Below, one piece after another: positions 17,257 through 28,368 of a stretch of 64,000 bases of DNA; position 1 is the stretch's first letter; every line of letters starts with the position of its first letter. Under the pieces are notes generated by a model. That model made no database searches and was not told the DNA's origin. It was given only the letters and a program-made list of their open reading frames with translations. A program made the position numbers and the translations under genes. Source of the stretch: an uncultured Spirochaetota bacterium (GTDB lineage Bacteria; Spirochaetota; Spirochaetia; SZUA-6; Fen-1364); contig CAVUXE010000091.1 in the NCBI GenBank assembly GCA_963745235.1, forward strand, positions 1-64,000. Reading direction: 5' to 3'.

Positions 17257-18756
17257 ATGAACAGCCTTCTGCGGATGGTGGGCATCAGCAAGAGCTTCCC
17301 GGGGGTCAACGCGCTCACCCGGGTGGATTTCGACCTGCAACCCGGGGAAGTGCATGCCCTTGTCGGCGAAAACGGAGCTGGAAAATCCACGCTCATGAAG
17401 ATCCTTTCAGGCGTCTATCGCGCTGACGAAGGGGAGATCTGGCTCAAGGACAGGAAAATCACCAACACCGACCCGCGTGCCATGATTGACGCCGGCGTCA
17501 GCGTGATCTACCAGGAGCTGAACCTCGTCCCCTACATTTCCGTCGCGGAGAACATCTTCCTTGGCCGTGAGCCGCGCCGGCCCGGCGGCCTGATCGACTG
17601 GCAGACCATGAACCGGGACGTCGAGAAGCTCCTGGAGCCTTTCAAGCTCTCCCTCAACCCCCGGGGCAGGGTCAGCTCGATCGGTCCCGCCTACCAGCAG
17701 GTCGTGGAGATCGCCAAGGCGCTCTCCCTGAAGGCGGACATCATTGTGATGGATGAGCCCACCGCCCCGCTCACGGGAAGCGAAGTGGACCGGCTCTTCG
17801 AGATCATCAGGAGCCTCAAGGCGGGCGGCGTATCCATCGCATACATTTCCCATCGCCTGGAGGAGCTGCACGAGGTCGCGGACCGGGTCACGGTGCTGCG
17901 CGACGGGCGGAGGATGATCACCGCCCCCCTCGCTTCCCTCACGGTCGACGACATCATCAGGAACATGGTCGGCAGGCAGCTCACGGAGCAGTACCTGAAG
18001 GCCGGCTCCCCGTCTTCGGAGGAGGTCCTTCGGGTGGAGGGCCTTGCCAGGCGGGGGGTCTGCGCGGACGTTTCCTTCACCCTTCACCGGGGGGAGATCC
18101 TCGGGTTCGCCGGCCTCGTCGGGGCGGGGCGCACGGAGATCATGCAGCTCATCTACGGGTACCGCAAAAAGGATGCCGGGAGGGTCTTCGTCAAGGGAAA
18201 GGAAGTGAAGATCCGCGGCACTCGTGACGCGGTGAAGAACGGCATCGCCCTCATTCCAGAGGAGCGCAAGAAGCAGGGGCTCATCCTGGGCCTCTCCGTC
18301 CTGGACAACTCCGCCCTCACGATATTCGACCTGCATTCCCGCGGCGGTTTCATCCTGTGGCGGGAGATCGGGAAGCTGGTCCGGCAGATGGTCAGCAACC
18401 TGGGGATCCGCACGCCATCGCTCAGCCAGACGGTGCGAAACCTCTCCGGCGGAAACCAGCAAAAGGTCGTACTCTCCAAGTGGTTCGTGCGGCGATGCGA
18501 CGTGTATATCTTCGACGAGCCGACGCGCGGCATCGACGTCGGCGCCAAGGTTGAGATCTACAAGCTCATGGAGAGCCTCGCCGCGGAGGGCGCCGGGATC
18601 ATCATGGTTTCCTCGGAGCTGCTGGAGGTCATGAACGTCCCCAACCGCATCGCCGTGGTGTACAACGGCTCCATCGTCAAGGAGTTCAAGCGGGGAGAAG
18701 CAACGGAAGAGGAGGTGATGAGCTATGCCCTCGGGCTTGGCAGAAAGGTCTCCTAA
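17257..18756 (+). CDS. monosaccharide ABC transporter ATP-binding protein (RbsA-like)
   Basis: GENGAGKST, MDEPT, second domain LSGGNQQKV and FDEPTRGIDVGAK. Confidence 0.93.
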   Translation: MNSLLRMVGISKSFPGVNALTRVDFDLQPGEVHALVGENGAGKSTLMKILSGVYRADEGEIWLKDRKITNTDPRAMIDAGVSVIYQELNLVPYISVAENIFLGREPRRPGGLIDWQTMNRDVEKLLEPFKLSLNPRGRVSSIGPAYQQVVEIAKALSLKADIIVMDEPTAPLTGSEVDRLFEIIRSLKAGGVSIAYISHRLEELHEVADRVTVLRDGRRMITAPLASLTVDDIIRNMVGRQLTEQYLKAGSPSSEEVLRVEGLARRGVCADVSFTLHRGEILGFAGLVGAGRTEIMQLIYGYRKKDAGRVFVKGKEVKIRGTRDAVKNGIALIPEERKKQGLILGLSVLDNSALTIFDLHSRGGFILWREIGKLVRQMVSNLGIRTPSLSQTVRNLSGGNQQKVVLSKWFVRRCDVYIFDEPTRGIDVGAKVEIYKLMESLAAEGAGIIMVSSELLEVMNVPNRIAVVYNGSIVKEFKRGEATEEEVMSYALGLGRKVS

Positions 18757-19720
18757 TCCAGACACCGGCCGGGGCGTTGGTGCGGGACTCTCCGTCAGCC
18801 GCATCCTGCGCTCGTACGGCATTCTCATCGCGTTCGTTCTGATCTGCATTGCCATGACCATTCTCTCTCCGGTCTTCCTGACCGTGACGAACATCCTGAA
18901 CGTCATCCGGCAAAGCTCGATCTACGGGATCATGGCCATCGGGATGACGTTCGTCATCCTCACGGCCGGAATCGACCTGTCAGTCGGTTCAATCCTGGCG
19001 ATCTCGGGGGCCATCGCGGCGGGGTCCATCAAGGCCGGCCTGGGACTGGAGCTGGTGATCCCCATTGCCCTTGTCATTGGCCTGGGATGCGGCCTCGTGA
19101 ACGGCGTCCTGGTCACGATGGGCCGCATCACGCCTTTCGTCGTGACCCTCGGTATGATGAGCATCGCGCGCGGCCTCACCCTGATCTACACGCAGGGCTA
19201 TCCGGTCAGCGGCTTCCAGGGCGCTTTCCGCTTCATCGGCGGCGGGGACCTCCTCGCCATCCCCTTCCCCATCATCCTGTTCATCCTCACCACGGTCGTC
19301 GCCTGGCTCATCCTTGCCCAGACGCGCCTTGGCCGCTACACGTACGCAATTGGCGGCAACGAGGAGACGGTGAAGCTGTCCGGCATCAACTCGGACTTTT
19401 ACAAGACGATCGTGTACATGATCTCTGGCATCACCTCGGCCATCAGCGCGCTTATCCTCACGTCGCGGTTGAACTCCGCCGAGCCGGTGGCAGGGACGGG
19501 CTACGAGCTGGACGTCATTGCCGCCGTGGTCATTGGCGGGACCAGCCTCATGGGCGGCCGCGGGAGCGTGTGGGGCACCCTGATCGGCGCCCTGCTGATC
19601 GGCGTGATCAACAATGGGATGAACCTGCTGGGCATATCTCCGTATTTCCAGCTCGTCGTCAAGGGAGTCATCATCATTGGAGCGGTCCTGCTGGACCGCC
19701 TGCGCCAGGAACAGATCTAG
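18725..19720 (+). CDS. monosaccharide ABC transporter permease (RbsC-like)
   Basis: GIDLSVG, AIGGN, YELDVIAAVVIGG; multiple TM segments; exact start uncertain. Confidence 0.9.
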   Translation: MPSGLAERSPNPDTGRGVGAGLSVSRILRSYGILIAFVLICIAMTILSPVFLTVTNILNVIRQSSIYGIMAIGMTFVILTAGIDLSVGSILAISGAIAAGSIKAGLGLELVIPIALVIGLGCGLVNGVLVTMGRITPFVVTLGMMSIARGLTLIYTQGYPVSGFQGAFRFIGGGDLLAIPFPIILFILTTVVAWLILAQTRLGRYTYAIGGNEETVKLSGINSDFYKTIVYMISGITSAISALILTSRLNSAEPVAGTGYELDVIAAVVIGGTSLMGGRGSVWGTLIGALLIGVINNGMNLLGISPYFQLVVKGVIIIGAVLLDRLRQEQI

Positions 19721-19803
19721 ACATGGATGTCGAAACGCGGCGGAGCCAGGGATGGCGGAAGCCGCGCATAGACAGCCAACAGACTTTTGGCAGGAGGGAC
19801 GGC

Positions 19804-21018
19804 ATGTCAGTGAAAGCGTCAGTTGAAAAAGCCCTGGACCAGGGCAAGGGCATTGTCCGCCTGGCCCCGAACTGGGTTCCCCGTGCGTTCTGCGTACCGG
19901 GCCGCAGGATCAAGCTCCATCCGGCGGACTACTACTCGTTCGGCGGGGACCGCGGCGGCATCGACGAGCGCTGGTTCTCGTCGACCACGCCGGCGGACAA
20001 CGGGCCAAAGACCAGCCCGAACGAGGGGTTGAGCTTCATCGTGGTTGAGGACGGGAGCAGGACCGAGAAGGTCCTGCTGCGCGAGGCCATCGCGGAGCTG
20101 AAAGGCGCGATCATCGGAGAAAGGATCTGGAACACGTACAAGGCGTGGCCAATGTATTCGAAGTTCTTCGACAACAAGGGCGCGCTCCCGCACCACGTCC
20201 ATCACCGCGAGCAGCATGCAAAGCTGGTCGGGCAGAACGCGAAGCCCGAGTCCTACTACTTCCCGGTGCAGAACAACAACTATGGCGCTGACTACCCCTA
20301 CACGTTCTTCGGCCTGCGCCCCGGCACCACAAAGGACCAGGTGGCCGAGTGCCTGCGCAACTTCTCCAAGGGGGACAACAAGATCACCAACCTGTCCATC
20401 GCGGTCCGACTGGAGGTTGGAACGGGGTGGGACGTGCCGGCGGGAGTCCTTCATGCGCCCGGCAGCCTGTGCACGTACGAGCCGCAGAAAGCCTCCGACA
20501 TCTTTGCCATGTACCAGTCACTCACCGGAGACACTGTCATCTCGGAGGCGGACCTCTGGAAAAACACGCCTCCTGACAAGGTGGGCAACATCGATTACAT
20601 GATCGAAGTCCTCGACTGGGAGACGAACGTGGATCCCAATTTCGTCGCGAAACACTTCATGGCGCCACGGCCGGTCAAGGCCGTCGCGCAGATGGAAGCC
20701 GACGGGTACCGGGAGAACTGGATCACGTACAAGTCCACGGAATACAGCGCCAAGGAGCTGACCGTGTTCCCGGGGAAGACCGTGACGATCAAGGACGGCG
20801 GCGCGTACGGCATGATCATGCTCCAGGGCCACGGAAAGATGGGCGTGTGGGATATCGACACTCCCGCCTTGATCCGCTTCGGCCAGCTCACCCAGGACGA
20901 GCACTTCGTGACGGAGGACGCGGCTCGCGCGGGAGTTGTGATCTCCAACCCATCGCGGACGGACCCCATCGTCATGCTCAAGCACTTCGGCCCCGGGAAC
21001 CCGGATCTGAAGCTCTGA
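19804..21018 (+). CDS. cupin-fold protein, phosphomannose-isomerase-like
   Basis: ERW, KFFD..LPHHVH, KPESYYF, VPAGVLHAPG..YEPQ..SD parallel the type I PMI metal-site motifs; SD GGAGG. Confidence 0.6.
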   Translation: MSVKASVEKALDQGKGIVRLAPNWVPRAFCVPGRRIKLHPADYYSFGGDRGGIDERWFSSTTPADNGPKTSPNEGLSFIVVEDGSRTEKVLLREAIAELKGAIIGERIWNTYKAWPMYSKFFDNKGALPHHVHHREQHAKLVGQNAKPESYYFPVQNNNYGADYPYTFFGLRPGTTKDQVAECLRNFSKGDNKITNLSIAVRLEVGTGWDVPAGVLHAPGSLCTYEPQKASDIFAMYQSLTGDTVISEADLWKNTPPDKVGNIDYMIEVLDWETNVDPNFVAKHFMAPRPVKAVAQMEADGYRENWITYKSTEYSAKELTVFPGKTVTIKDGGAYGMIMLQGHGKMGVWDIDTPALIRFGQLTQDEHFVTEDAARAGVVISNPSRTDPIVMLKHFGPGNPDLKL

Positions 21019-21078
21019 GGCACACCGTATCGATTGACGGCGGCCGTTTTTGAAAGGATACTTGAGGAAAAGGGGGAA

Positions 21079-22827
21079 ATGGCCCTGGAGCAGCCCACCC
21101 GGACGGAGATAGAAAGAGAAGCTGACGACCACATCGCCCTCGGTCTGCTCCTGCGCAAGGATCGGGCCGAGCAGAAGAAAAGTGCCGTCACGAAAGTCCT
21201 TGCCAGTGAGCTCACCGTTTCCCAGAAGCTGGAGAAGATCAGGGAGATAGACGAGAAGGAGGACGCGGTCGGCCTCCTTCGCGTCCTGCGGCAGGTGAGC
21301 ACGCAGCTCCCGCGCAGCAAGGTGAGCCGGATGAGCCGGACCATCAAGCGTCCGCTCCAGCGTCTTTCCCATATCGCCTTCCTGCTCAGGGAATACTCCC
21401 GGATTCAGCAGTTCGGCAGACGCACTCACGTCCTGGAAGCCCGCGTCCTGCCCCCCGGGGTCAAAATGGATCCAAGGCTGCCCGGCAACCTGGTGCGAGA
21501 GCTTCAACCCTCCGCGGCGGACCTGTCCCGCAGGCTCAAACCCTTCCTGGAGCACGGCTGGCTGTACCTCACTCCCCGGCAGTACAACCTGGTGGTCCTC
21601 TTGAAGAGGCTGGCGGACCGTCTGCTGGCTTTCGATTTCATCCGCCTGAACTGGCGTGACCATGATCTCATTGACGGGTTCAGACGCATCGAAAGTCTCT
21701 TCCTCATGCTGCATTACACCCCGGATAGCACGGAGACAATCCTGGAGGCGATCCGCCTTTTCTTCGAGAAGCAGCATGAAGAAGAGGAAGAGATTGTGCG
21801 GACCAGCAGCCTCGTCCTCGAGGTCCTCGCGGAGGATTTCGCCCTGCCTTCTCTGTACAACTGCATTGTCGGGCTGAATATCTTCAAGTACAGGCGACTG
21901 CTGACCCTTGCGGACCTCATGCGCGAGGGCCTGGGGGAAATGGTGGACTCCGGCGGTTTTGACTGCGAAAACCAGGTCCGCGCGCGGGTTGACCAGTACA
22001 TCGATGAATCACTCCAGTCCATGAGGAAAGTCCACGAGCAGCTTCTCGAGACGCGGCGCATCAACAGCTTCATCGGCCACGACGAGGAGGGGGAAGTGGA
22101 CACCACGTCCCTTCGCAGGTTGTACGTCGCCCCCGAGTCCCCGGTGCCGATCGACTTCGAGACCGACCAGGAGAATGTCGTGCTCTTCCTGTCCCGCCTC
22201 ATTCACAGCTTCGACAGGGTCTTCAGGAACCTTCTGAACGGGCAATGCGTGTTCGAGGATGGAACACGAGCCGCGGTGTTCTCGCATTCGTTTTTCGAGC
22301 TGGATTTCTCGAAGATCAGGACGGTGGCGGAAAACCTGGACACGGGACCGTTTCACTTCAGCAGCTTCCCTCTCTCCCGCTATTTGCAGATCAAGGAGCA
22401 GAGACTTGGCACGGTGGGCAACGAGCTGGAGGGCAGCCAGCTGATCGCCGAAGGCGTGGGGTGCCTGGTGGACATCGGCAAGGCCCTGGTGAAGGTCCTG
22501 AGTCTCCGGTCTCTCGCCAGTGCGGCCAGCGAGGAGACGGAGCCCCTGCAGCCCATTGTCCTGCAGGGCAAGCCCTTCACGCTCCCCTTTCAGAGCCGCC
22601 GGCTCCAGGCTCGTTCGGTCCTCCTCCAGGGCAAGACGGTCCTGGAAACGCTGTCCACGGCGGTGTCCATCTGCTTCACCGTGGGGTTCCTTTTCCAGGA
22701 CGACTTTCTCTCCCTCTTCACCGGGAAGGAAAAGAAGCTCGTCACGGACCTTCAGGCGCGCATGAAGCTGATGGAAAACCTTCTGGACCCCGACAACTAC
22801 CGGGAGCTCACCACTCTGTACACCTAA
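21079..22827 (+). CDS. hypothetical helical protein (~580 aa)
   Basis: Long ORF with genome-typical codon usage and purine-rich SD; no recognised motif. Confidence 0.75.
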   Translation: MALEQPTRTEIEREADDHIALGLLLRKDRAEQKKSAVTKVLASELTVSQKLEKIREIDEKEDAVGLLRVLRQVSTQLPRSKVSRMSRTIKRPLQRLSHIAFLLREYSRIQQFGRRTHVLEARVLPPGVKMDPRLPGNLVRELQPSAADLSRRLKPFLEHGWLYLTPRQYNLVVLLKRLADRLLAFDFIRLNWRDHDLIDGFRRIESLFLMLHYTPDSTETILEAIRLFFEKQHEEEEEIVRTSSLVLEVLAEDFALPSLYNCIVGLNIFKYRRLLTLADLMREGLGEMVDSGGFDCENQVRARVDQYIDESLQSMRKVHEQLLETRRINSFIGHDEEGEVDTTSLRRLYVAPESPVPIDFETDQENVVLFLSRLIHSFDRVFRNLLNGQCVFEDGTRAAVFSHSFFELDFSKIRTVAENLDTGPFHFSSFPLSRYLQIKEQRLGTVGNELEGSQLIAEGVGCLVDIGKALVKVLSLRSLASAASEETEPLQPIVLQGKPFTLPFQSRRLQARSVLLQGKTVLETLSTAVSICFTVGFLFQDDFLSLFTGKEKKLVTDLQARMKLMENLLDPDNYRELTTLYT

Positions 22828-23435
22828 GGCTCGCGAAGGAGCCCCAGGAGCTCGCGGGCGCTCTCCTCCAGTTTTTCCAGGTTCAGCGGCTTGGACAGGA
22901 ACCGCGTGGACTTCTCGAAGGCGGACCCGGCCTGGACCTTGTACGGGGGGAGCCCGAGGAAGATGATGCGGATGCCCGGCTCGATGGCCCGGCAGATCTC
23001 GAAGTAGCGCGAGTACTCTTCTTCCGCGGACAGGACCTCGTTCACAATGACCAGCCGGGTGCGGAGGCTGGAAATCAGGTGAACAGCATCATACCGCTCG
23101 GCAAGGCGGGAGAATGAGAGGTCCCTCTTCAGCGAGCACTTCTTCAGGAGGCCGGCTATTTCCGCGCGCGCGTCCACGACCAGGGCGTTCTGCATCTTGC
23201 GTTTTCGTCGCGCGGCGGGCGCCCGCCCGGGACCGCCGTCCTGCGAGCTCTCCTCCCGGTCCAGCAGCATGTGCGCCCGCGTCACGCGCAGAATGGCCTG
23301 GATCTTGGCGTCCAGGTCCATGGAGCTTCGCACGATGCCGAGCACTTTTCTCTCCTGGGAGCCGAAGCGCTTTTTTTTGAGAAGAAGACCGTAGATCAGG
23401 TGCTTGTCCGCCTCGGAGAGGTTCCGGGGATCCAT
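22824..23435 (-). CDS. hypothetical protein with C-terminal degenerate receiver (REC) domain
   Basis: ALVVD..LVIVNE..IRIIFL..FLSKPL pattern; phosphoacceptor position appears to be Asn. Confidence 0.65.
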   Translation of the reverse strand: MDPRNLSEADKHLIYGLLLKKKRFGSQERKVLGIVRSSMDLDAKIQAILRVTRAHMLLDREESSQDGGPGRAPAARRKRKMQNALVVDARAEIAGLLKKCSLKRDLSFSRLAERYDAVHLISSLRTRLVIVNEVLSAEEEYSRYFEICRAIEPGIRIIFLGLPPYKVQAGSAFEKSTRFLSKPLNLEKLEESARELLGLLREP

Positions 23436-23501
23436 GACGTTCTGGACTGATGGTAGCGGACAGTCTGAGGATTGTCCAGTCTGCCTCTTTGCCGATCCCC
23501 A

Positions 23502-23897
23502 TCAATGAAAGAGGCGCTTCTCCGGCATGACGCTGTATCTTCCTGCCCCGATGAGGAATATCACGACGGCGGTGAGGAGGTAAAACGCCTCTGCCTCCAG
23601 GCCCCAGGCTCCCGTTCTCTGGATCACAAAGGTGTTGCGGTAGGCTTCCAGCAGGATCGCAACGATCATGTTGATGACTACCACGAGGGAGGCCGCGCGG
23701 GTCCACAGCCCGACGATGATGAAAAGGGGCGCCAGCACCTCGCCGATGTACACGCCGTAGGCGACAAAGGAGGGCACGTGCGCCCCGGCCAGCGCCGCTC
23801 CAATGAATGACACGCCGTGGAATATCTTTGCCGTTCCATGGAACAGGATCAGTCCGGCGGTGGTCAGGCGGAGGATGAGTTTTCCGATATCTTCCAT
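23502..23897 (-). CDS. DoxX-family membrane protein
   Basis: LILRL..G...FHG..K, GE...P..IIVGLWTR, GAGRYS. Confidence 0.88.
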   Translation of the reverse strand: MEDIGKLILRLTTAGLILFHGTAKIFHGVSFIGAALAGAHVPSFVAYGVYIGEVLAPLFIIVGLWTRAASLVVVINMIVAILLEAYRNTFVIQRTGAWGLEAEAFYLLTAVVIFLIGAGRYSVMPEKRLFH

Positions 23898-23990
23898 ACT
23901 CACGAAAATGCCCTCCGGGGGAAGCGGGAGTCAAGCTCAGGTCTTCACCAGTTTGCCCCGGTGCGCTAAGATGCTCGAAGACTATCACAG

Positions 23991-25431
23991 ATGAGAACAA
24001 ACGATCCATTGGACGTGCTCGTGATCGGCGCCGGTGTGAGCGGTGCGAGCATCGCGAGGAAGCTCTCCGCGTACGAGCTGGACGTCGCGCTGGTGGACAA
24101 GGAGTGCGACGTGTCTTTCGGCACCTCGAAATCCAACTCCGGGATCATTCACGGAGGGTTCCATCACAGCGTACGGCACCTCAAGGCGCGCCTGGAGATC
24201 CGGGGAAACGCGATGTTCGACCAGCTGCACAAAGAGCTGGGGTTCCCGTTTCGCAGGTGCGGCATCCTGGTCGTCGCGACGCACTCGGATGAGATGAAGG
24301 TGATCGGCCAGCTCTACGCACAGGGGGTGGAGAACGGCTCAGTCGGCATCGAGATGTGCTCCCGGGAGAGGATGCTGGAGCTGGAGCCGAAGCTCTCACC
24401 GGACGTGCTGGGCGGATTGCACGCCCCGTCGGGCGGCATTATCGAGCCCTACCGCTTCGTCTTCTGCCTGGTGGAGTCAGCGCGGAAGAACGGGGTGCAG
24501 CTGCACACCGACTTCAAGGTGGCGGCGGGAACCTTCGACGGGGCCTCGTGGCTGGTCCGCGCGGAGGATGGCCGGTCTCTGCGCGCCCGGTACGTCGTCA
24601 ACGCCGCGGGCCTTTTTGCTGACGAAGTCTCACGCGCCTTCCAGGCGGAAGAGATCCCGCTCACCCCGCGCAAGGGAGAGTACTTCCTTCTGGACAGGTC
24701 CACCCCCGCCTGCCCCGCGCGTGTGCTTTTCCCCGTCCCTTCACACAATTCCAAGGGCGTGCTGGTGATTCCCACCGTGGAAGGGACCGTCCTGGTCGGC
24801 CCCACCGCAAAGGATATCCACGACAAGACGGACCTCTCCACCACCGCGGAGGAGCTGGAGAAGATATTCGACTACGCCAAGAGGCTGGTCCCCCGGATCT
24901 CGCAGGGGGACGTGATCACCTCGTTTGCCGGCCTGCGCCCCGTCCTCAAGGATGAGGATTTCTTCATCGATTTTTCCAGCGTTGTCCCCCAGTTCATCCA
25001 GGTGGCCGGCATCCAGTCCCCCGGGCTGACGGCATCCCCGGCGGTCGGGGAATACGTCAAGGACCTGCTGCGCAAGGCGGGGGTCGCCCTGGTGGAGAAG
25101 AAGACTTCGACCCCTTCATCGAGCAGGTTCCCCGGCTCCGGGAGGCGGGCGCCGTGGGAAGCCGAAAGCCTGATCCAGGCGGACCCTCGCTACGGCAACG
25201 TCGTGTGCCGGTGCGAAAAGGTCTCCGAGGCGGAGATCGTGGCCGCCATCCGCAAGGGGCACACGACGATGGACGGGATCAAGTATTTCACCCGCGCCGG
25301 AATGGGCCGCTGCCAGGGGGGCTTCTGCACCTCCCGCATCCTGAAGATCCTCATGACGGGAGACGGGGATGGCGCCTGAGAGGATCACGAAAAAAGGGAG
25401 GGAGAGCTTCCTCCTGCGGGGGCGCCTGTGA
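23991..25431 (+). CDS. FAD-dependent oxidoreductase with BFD-like [2Fe-2S] domain (glycerol-3-phosphate dehydrogenase/oxidase-like); frameshifted near the 3' end
   Basis: [45 protein letters not shown]; garbled segment near 25105-25155. Confidence 0.82.
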
Positions 25432-26680
25432 AGGAGATCCATGTCGACGCGGCGGTCATTGGCGGCGGCGCGGCCGGCATGGCGGCGGCCCTGGAGATCC
25501 GAAAGCGCGGCGCCCGGGCGTGCATCATCGAGCGGGACGATGAGCTGGGCGGGATCCTGCTGCAGTGCATCCACAACGGTTTCGGCCTGCACGAGTTCAA
25601 GGAGGACCTCACCGGACCCGAGTACGCGGAGCGGGCCATGCGGGGCGTCGGCGGAGGCCGGGATCGCTGTATTCACGCGGACAACCGTCGGTGAGATTAC
25701 GGCAAACGGCGCGGCGCGTGAGCTGACCTGCTACTCCGCGGAGCACGGCGTGATGAGGATTTCCGCCAGGGCAGTGGTCCTGGCAATGGGCTGCCGGGAG
25801 AGGAACCGGGGCAACCTGCGAATCCCCGGGAGCAGGCCGGCAGGAGTCTACACGGCAGGCCTGGCGCAGCGGCTGGTCAACATGGAAGGCTACATTCCCG
25901 GGAAGGGACGTCGTGATCATCGGGTCCGGGGACATCGGGCTCATCATGGCGCGCCGCCTGCAGTGGCTGGGCTGCCGCGTGCACGCGGTGGTGGAGATCA
26001 TGCCCTACCCATCCGGGCTCACGCGGAACATCGTCCAGTGCCTGAACGATTTCTCCATCCCGCTGTACCTGAGCCACGTCGTCTCACGCATTCACGGCGT
26101 GGATCGGGTGGAGGGGCTGGACGTCACCCCCATCAGGAACGGCGCGCCTGACCCGGCGGGACAGTTCCACATCGCCTGCGACACCATCCTGCTCTCGGTG
26201 GGGCTGATCCCGGAGAACGAGCTCTCCAAGACGGCCGGGGTCGCCATCACCCCGGAGACGAACGGCCCCGTGGTGGACGCGACCATGATGACGTCTGTTG
26301 ATGGGATCTTCGCCACGGGGAACGTGCTGCACGTGCACGACCTCGTCGACAACGTAAGCGAGGAGTCGCGCCTGACCGGCGGTTTCGTCGCGGACTACCT
26401 CTCCGGGACGCGTCCCGCGCGGCAAGTCAGGGTCAAGCCGGGGTCCAATGTGCGATACGTCAACCCGTCACGCGTGGATCCAGGGCGCGGCAACCGCCTG
26501 TATCTCCGCCCGCTCATCGTGAAGAACAAGGCGGAGCTTGCCGTCCGGGCGGAAAGCCGGCAGCTCAGGAGAGTGGTCCTGAACCACGTCCAGCCCTCCG
26601 AGATGATCAGCCTCACGCTGCGGGAGCGTGACATGGCGGATCTCTCCCCTGACGCGGTGCTGGAGGTTTCCCTGTCATGA
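25428..26680 (+). CDS. NAD(P)/FAD-dependent oxidoreductase, partner subunit; two frameshifts (~25650, ~25900)
   Basis: [25 protein letters not shown]; AMGCRER..GSRPAG; [24 protein letters not shown] spread over three frames. Confidence 0.82.
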
Positions 26681-27030
26681 AGAAAGAGCTCACCTGCATC
26701 AGTTGCCCCATCGGGTGCGCAATGACCGCGGAATACCAGACGGATGGGTCCGTGGCGGTCACCGGCAACCAGTGCTCGCGCGGAGCCCAGTACGCGCGGG
26801 ACGAGCTGGTGGACCCGCGGAGGGTCGTGACGGCCACCTGCCGGACCGAATCGCTCTCCCACCCGAGGCTGCCTGTGCGAAGCAAGGGGCCGTGCCCGCG
26901 GGACCAGATCCCCTCCCTGCTCGAAGAGATCTACAAAATGAGCGTGAAGCTTCCCGTGCGGCTGGGGGACGTGCTTGGCGTCCTCGGCGGGGTGGAGATC
27001 GTGGCTTCGCGTTCCATGCCGCCGCGGTAA
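26677..27030 (+). CDS. DUF1667-family small Cys-rich protein
   Basis: CISCPIGC..GNQC.RG..Y...E...P.R; typical third gene of this operon; ATGA overlap. Confidence 0.85.
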   Translation: MKKELTCISCPIGCAMTAEYQTDGSVAVTGNQCSRGAQYARDELVDPRRVVTATCRTESLSHPRLPVRSKGPCPRDQIPSLLEEIYKMSVKLPVRLGDVLGVLGGVEIVASRSMPPR

Positions 27031-27145
27031 CGAAATTGGGAATTTTTGGGCTCGAACAGGCACAGGAAAGCATTTTTATGAGGGAACCGTATTCCCGGCG
27101 AAGGACTTGACAGTTATTATTAGTCCAACGGGAGACAAAAGAGGG

Positions 27146-28348
27146 ATGGAAAATGGGCAGGAAAAGGACCTCCGGAATTTGCGCCTGTTCCTGGACGAAA
27201 ACCCGAATCCGGTCCTTTGCGTAGCCCGCGAGGGCAACCTTCTCTACGCGAACAAAGGAAGCTGGCTGGTCCTCACGCACTGGAAAACCGAGGTCGGTCA
27301 GGACGTGCCCAAAGAATGGCAACTCATCGTCGAGGGAGCCCTCGACAACCGCCGGGAGCAGGAGGTGGAGGTCAGGATCGGCATCAAGACCCTCCTGCTG
27401 CAGGTGGTCCCGATCTGTGACAGGGGATACGCCAATCTGTACGGGATGGACGTCACTCATCGGCGGCACGTGGAGGAAAAGCTCCGCCTCAACGCGCAGG
27501 TCCTGGAGAACACCGCGGAAGGAATCATGATCATGGACACCGAGTTCCGGATCCTGGAGATCAACAAGGCATTCTGCTCCATCACCGGCTACGGGCGGGA
27601 TGAGGTCCTCGGAGAGTCCGTGATGAGCCTGCACTCGGGGCCCCAGGAGAACGGGTTCTACGAAGGGATCTGGGACACGGTCAGGAACCGCGGGAGCTGG
27701 CGCGGGGAGATCTGGGACCGCAAGAAGAATGGAGAGGTGTATCCCAAGTGGCTCTCCGTCAGCGCGGTTGCGGACGAGCGGGGAGAGATCAACCGTTTCG
27801 TCGCCTTGTTCTCCGACATCACCCCCATGAAGAAGACAGAGGAGCAGCTGTACTACCTGGCCCACTACGACCCCCTTACGGGGCTGGCCAACCGTCGCCA
27901 GTTCCAGGACCTCCTGGTGCGATCTCTGAAGTCCGCCCGGCGCAAGAATGAGACCCTGGCGGTCATGTTCATCGACCTCGACTCCTTCAAGGAAGTGAAT
28001 GACAATCTGGGTCACCGGGCGGGAGACCAGGTGCTCCAGGAAATCGCCAGGCGAATCCAGCGCAGCGTGCGGGAGACTGACACGGTGGCTCGCATGGGTG
28101 GAGATGAGTTCACTGTCATCCTGTCTCACCTCGCCGACTCGGAGAATGTGTCTCCCATTGCGCGAAAGATCATTCAGAGGATACAGGAGCCCGTGGCGCT
28201 GGACGAGCACGAAGTCCGCGTCACTTCGAGCATTGGCATCTCAGTCATGACGGACGAATCCGGGGACCCTGACAGCCTGATCCAGAACGCGGACCTCGCA
28301 ATGTACCGCGCCAAGGCGGGCGGAAGAAACTCGTTCCAGTTCTTCTAA
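27146..28348 (+). CDS. PAS-PAS-GGDEF diguanylate cyclase
   Basis: [27 protein letters not shown]; [27 protein letters not shown]. Confidence 0.9.
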   Translation: MENGQEKDLRNLRLFLDENPNPVLCVAREGNLLYANKGSWLVLTHWKTEVGQDVPKEWQLIVEGALDNRREQEVEVRIGIKTLLLQVVPICDRGYANLYGMDVTHRRHVEEKLRLNAQVLENTAEGIMIMDTEFRILEINKAFCSITGYGRDEVLGESVMSLHSGPQENGFYEGIWDTVRNRGSWRGEIWDRKKNGEVYPKWLSVSAVADERGEINRFVALFSDITPMKKTEEQLYYLAHYDPLTGLANRRQFQDLLVRSLKSARRKNETLAVMFIDLDSFKEVNDNLGHRAGDQVLQEIARRIQRSVRETDTVARMGGDEFTVILSHLADSENVSPIARKIIQRIQEPVALDEHEVRVTSSIGISVMTDESGDPDSLIQNADLAMYRAKAGGRNSFQFF

Positions 28349-28368
28349 GGCGGGAAGGAGTCAGAACC

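Noticed and set aside
19087-19803. Long 5' extensions of track ORFs (e.g. 19087, 30944, 39304, 35559, 63341)
   Set aside because: They overlap well-supported genes in other frames, as expected at high GC; starts were reassigned using SD and motif evidence.
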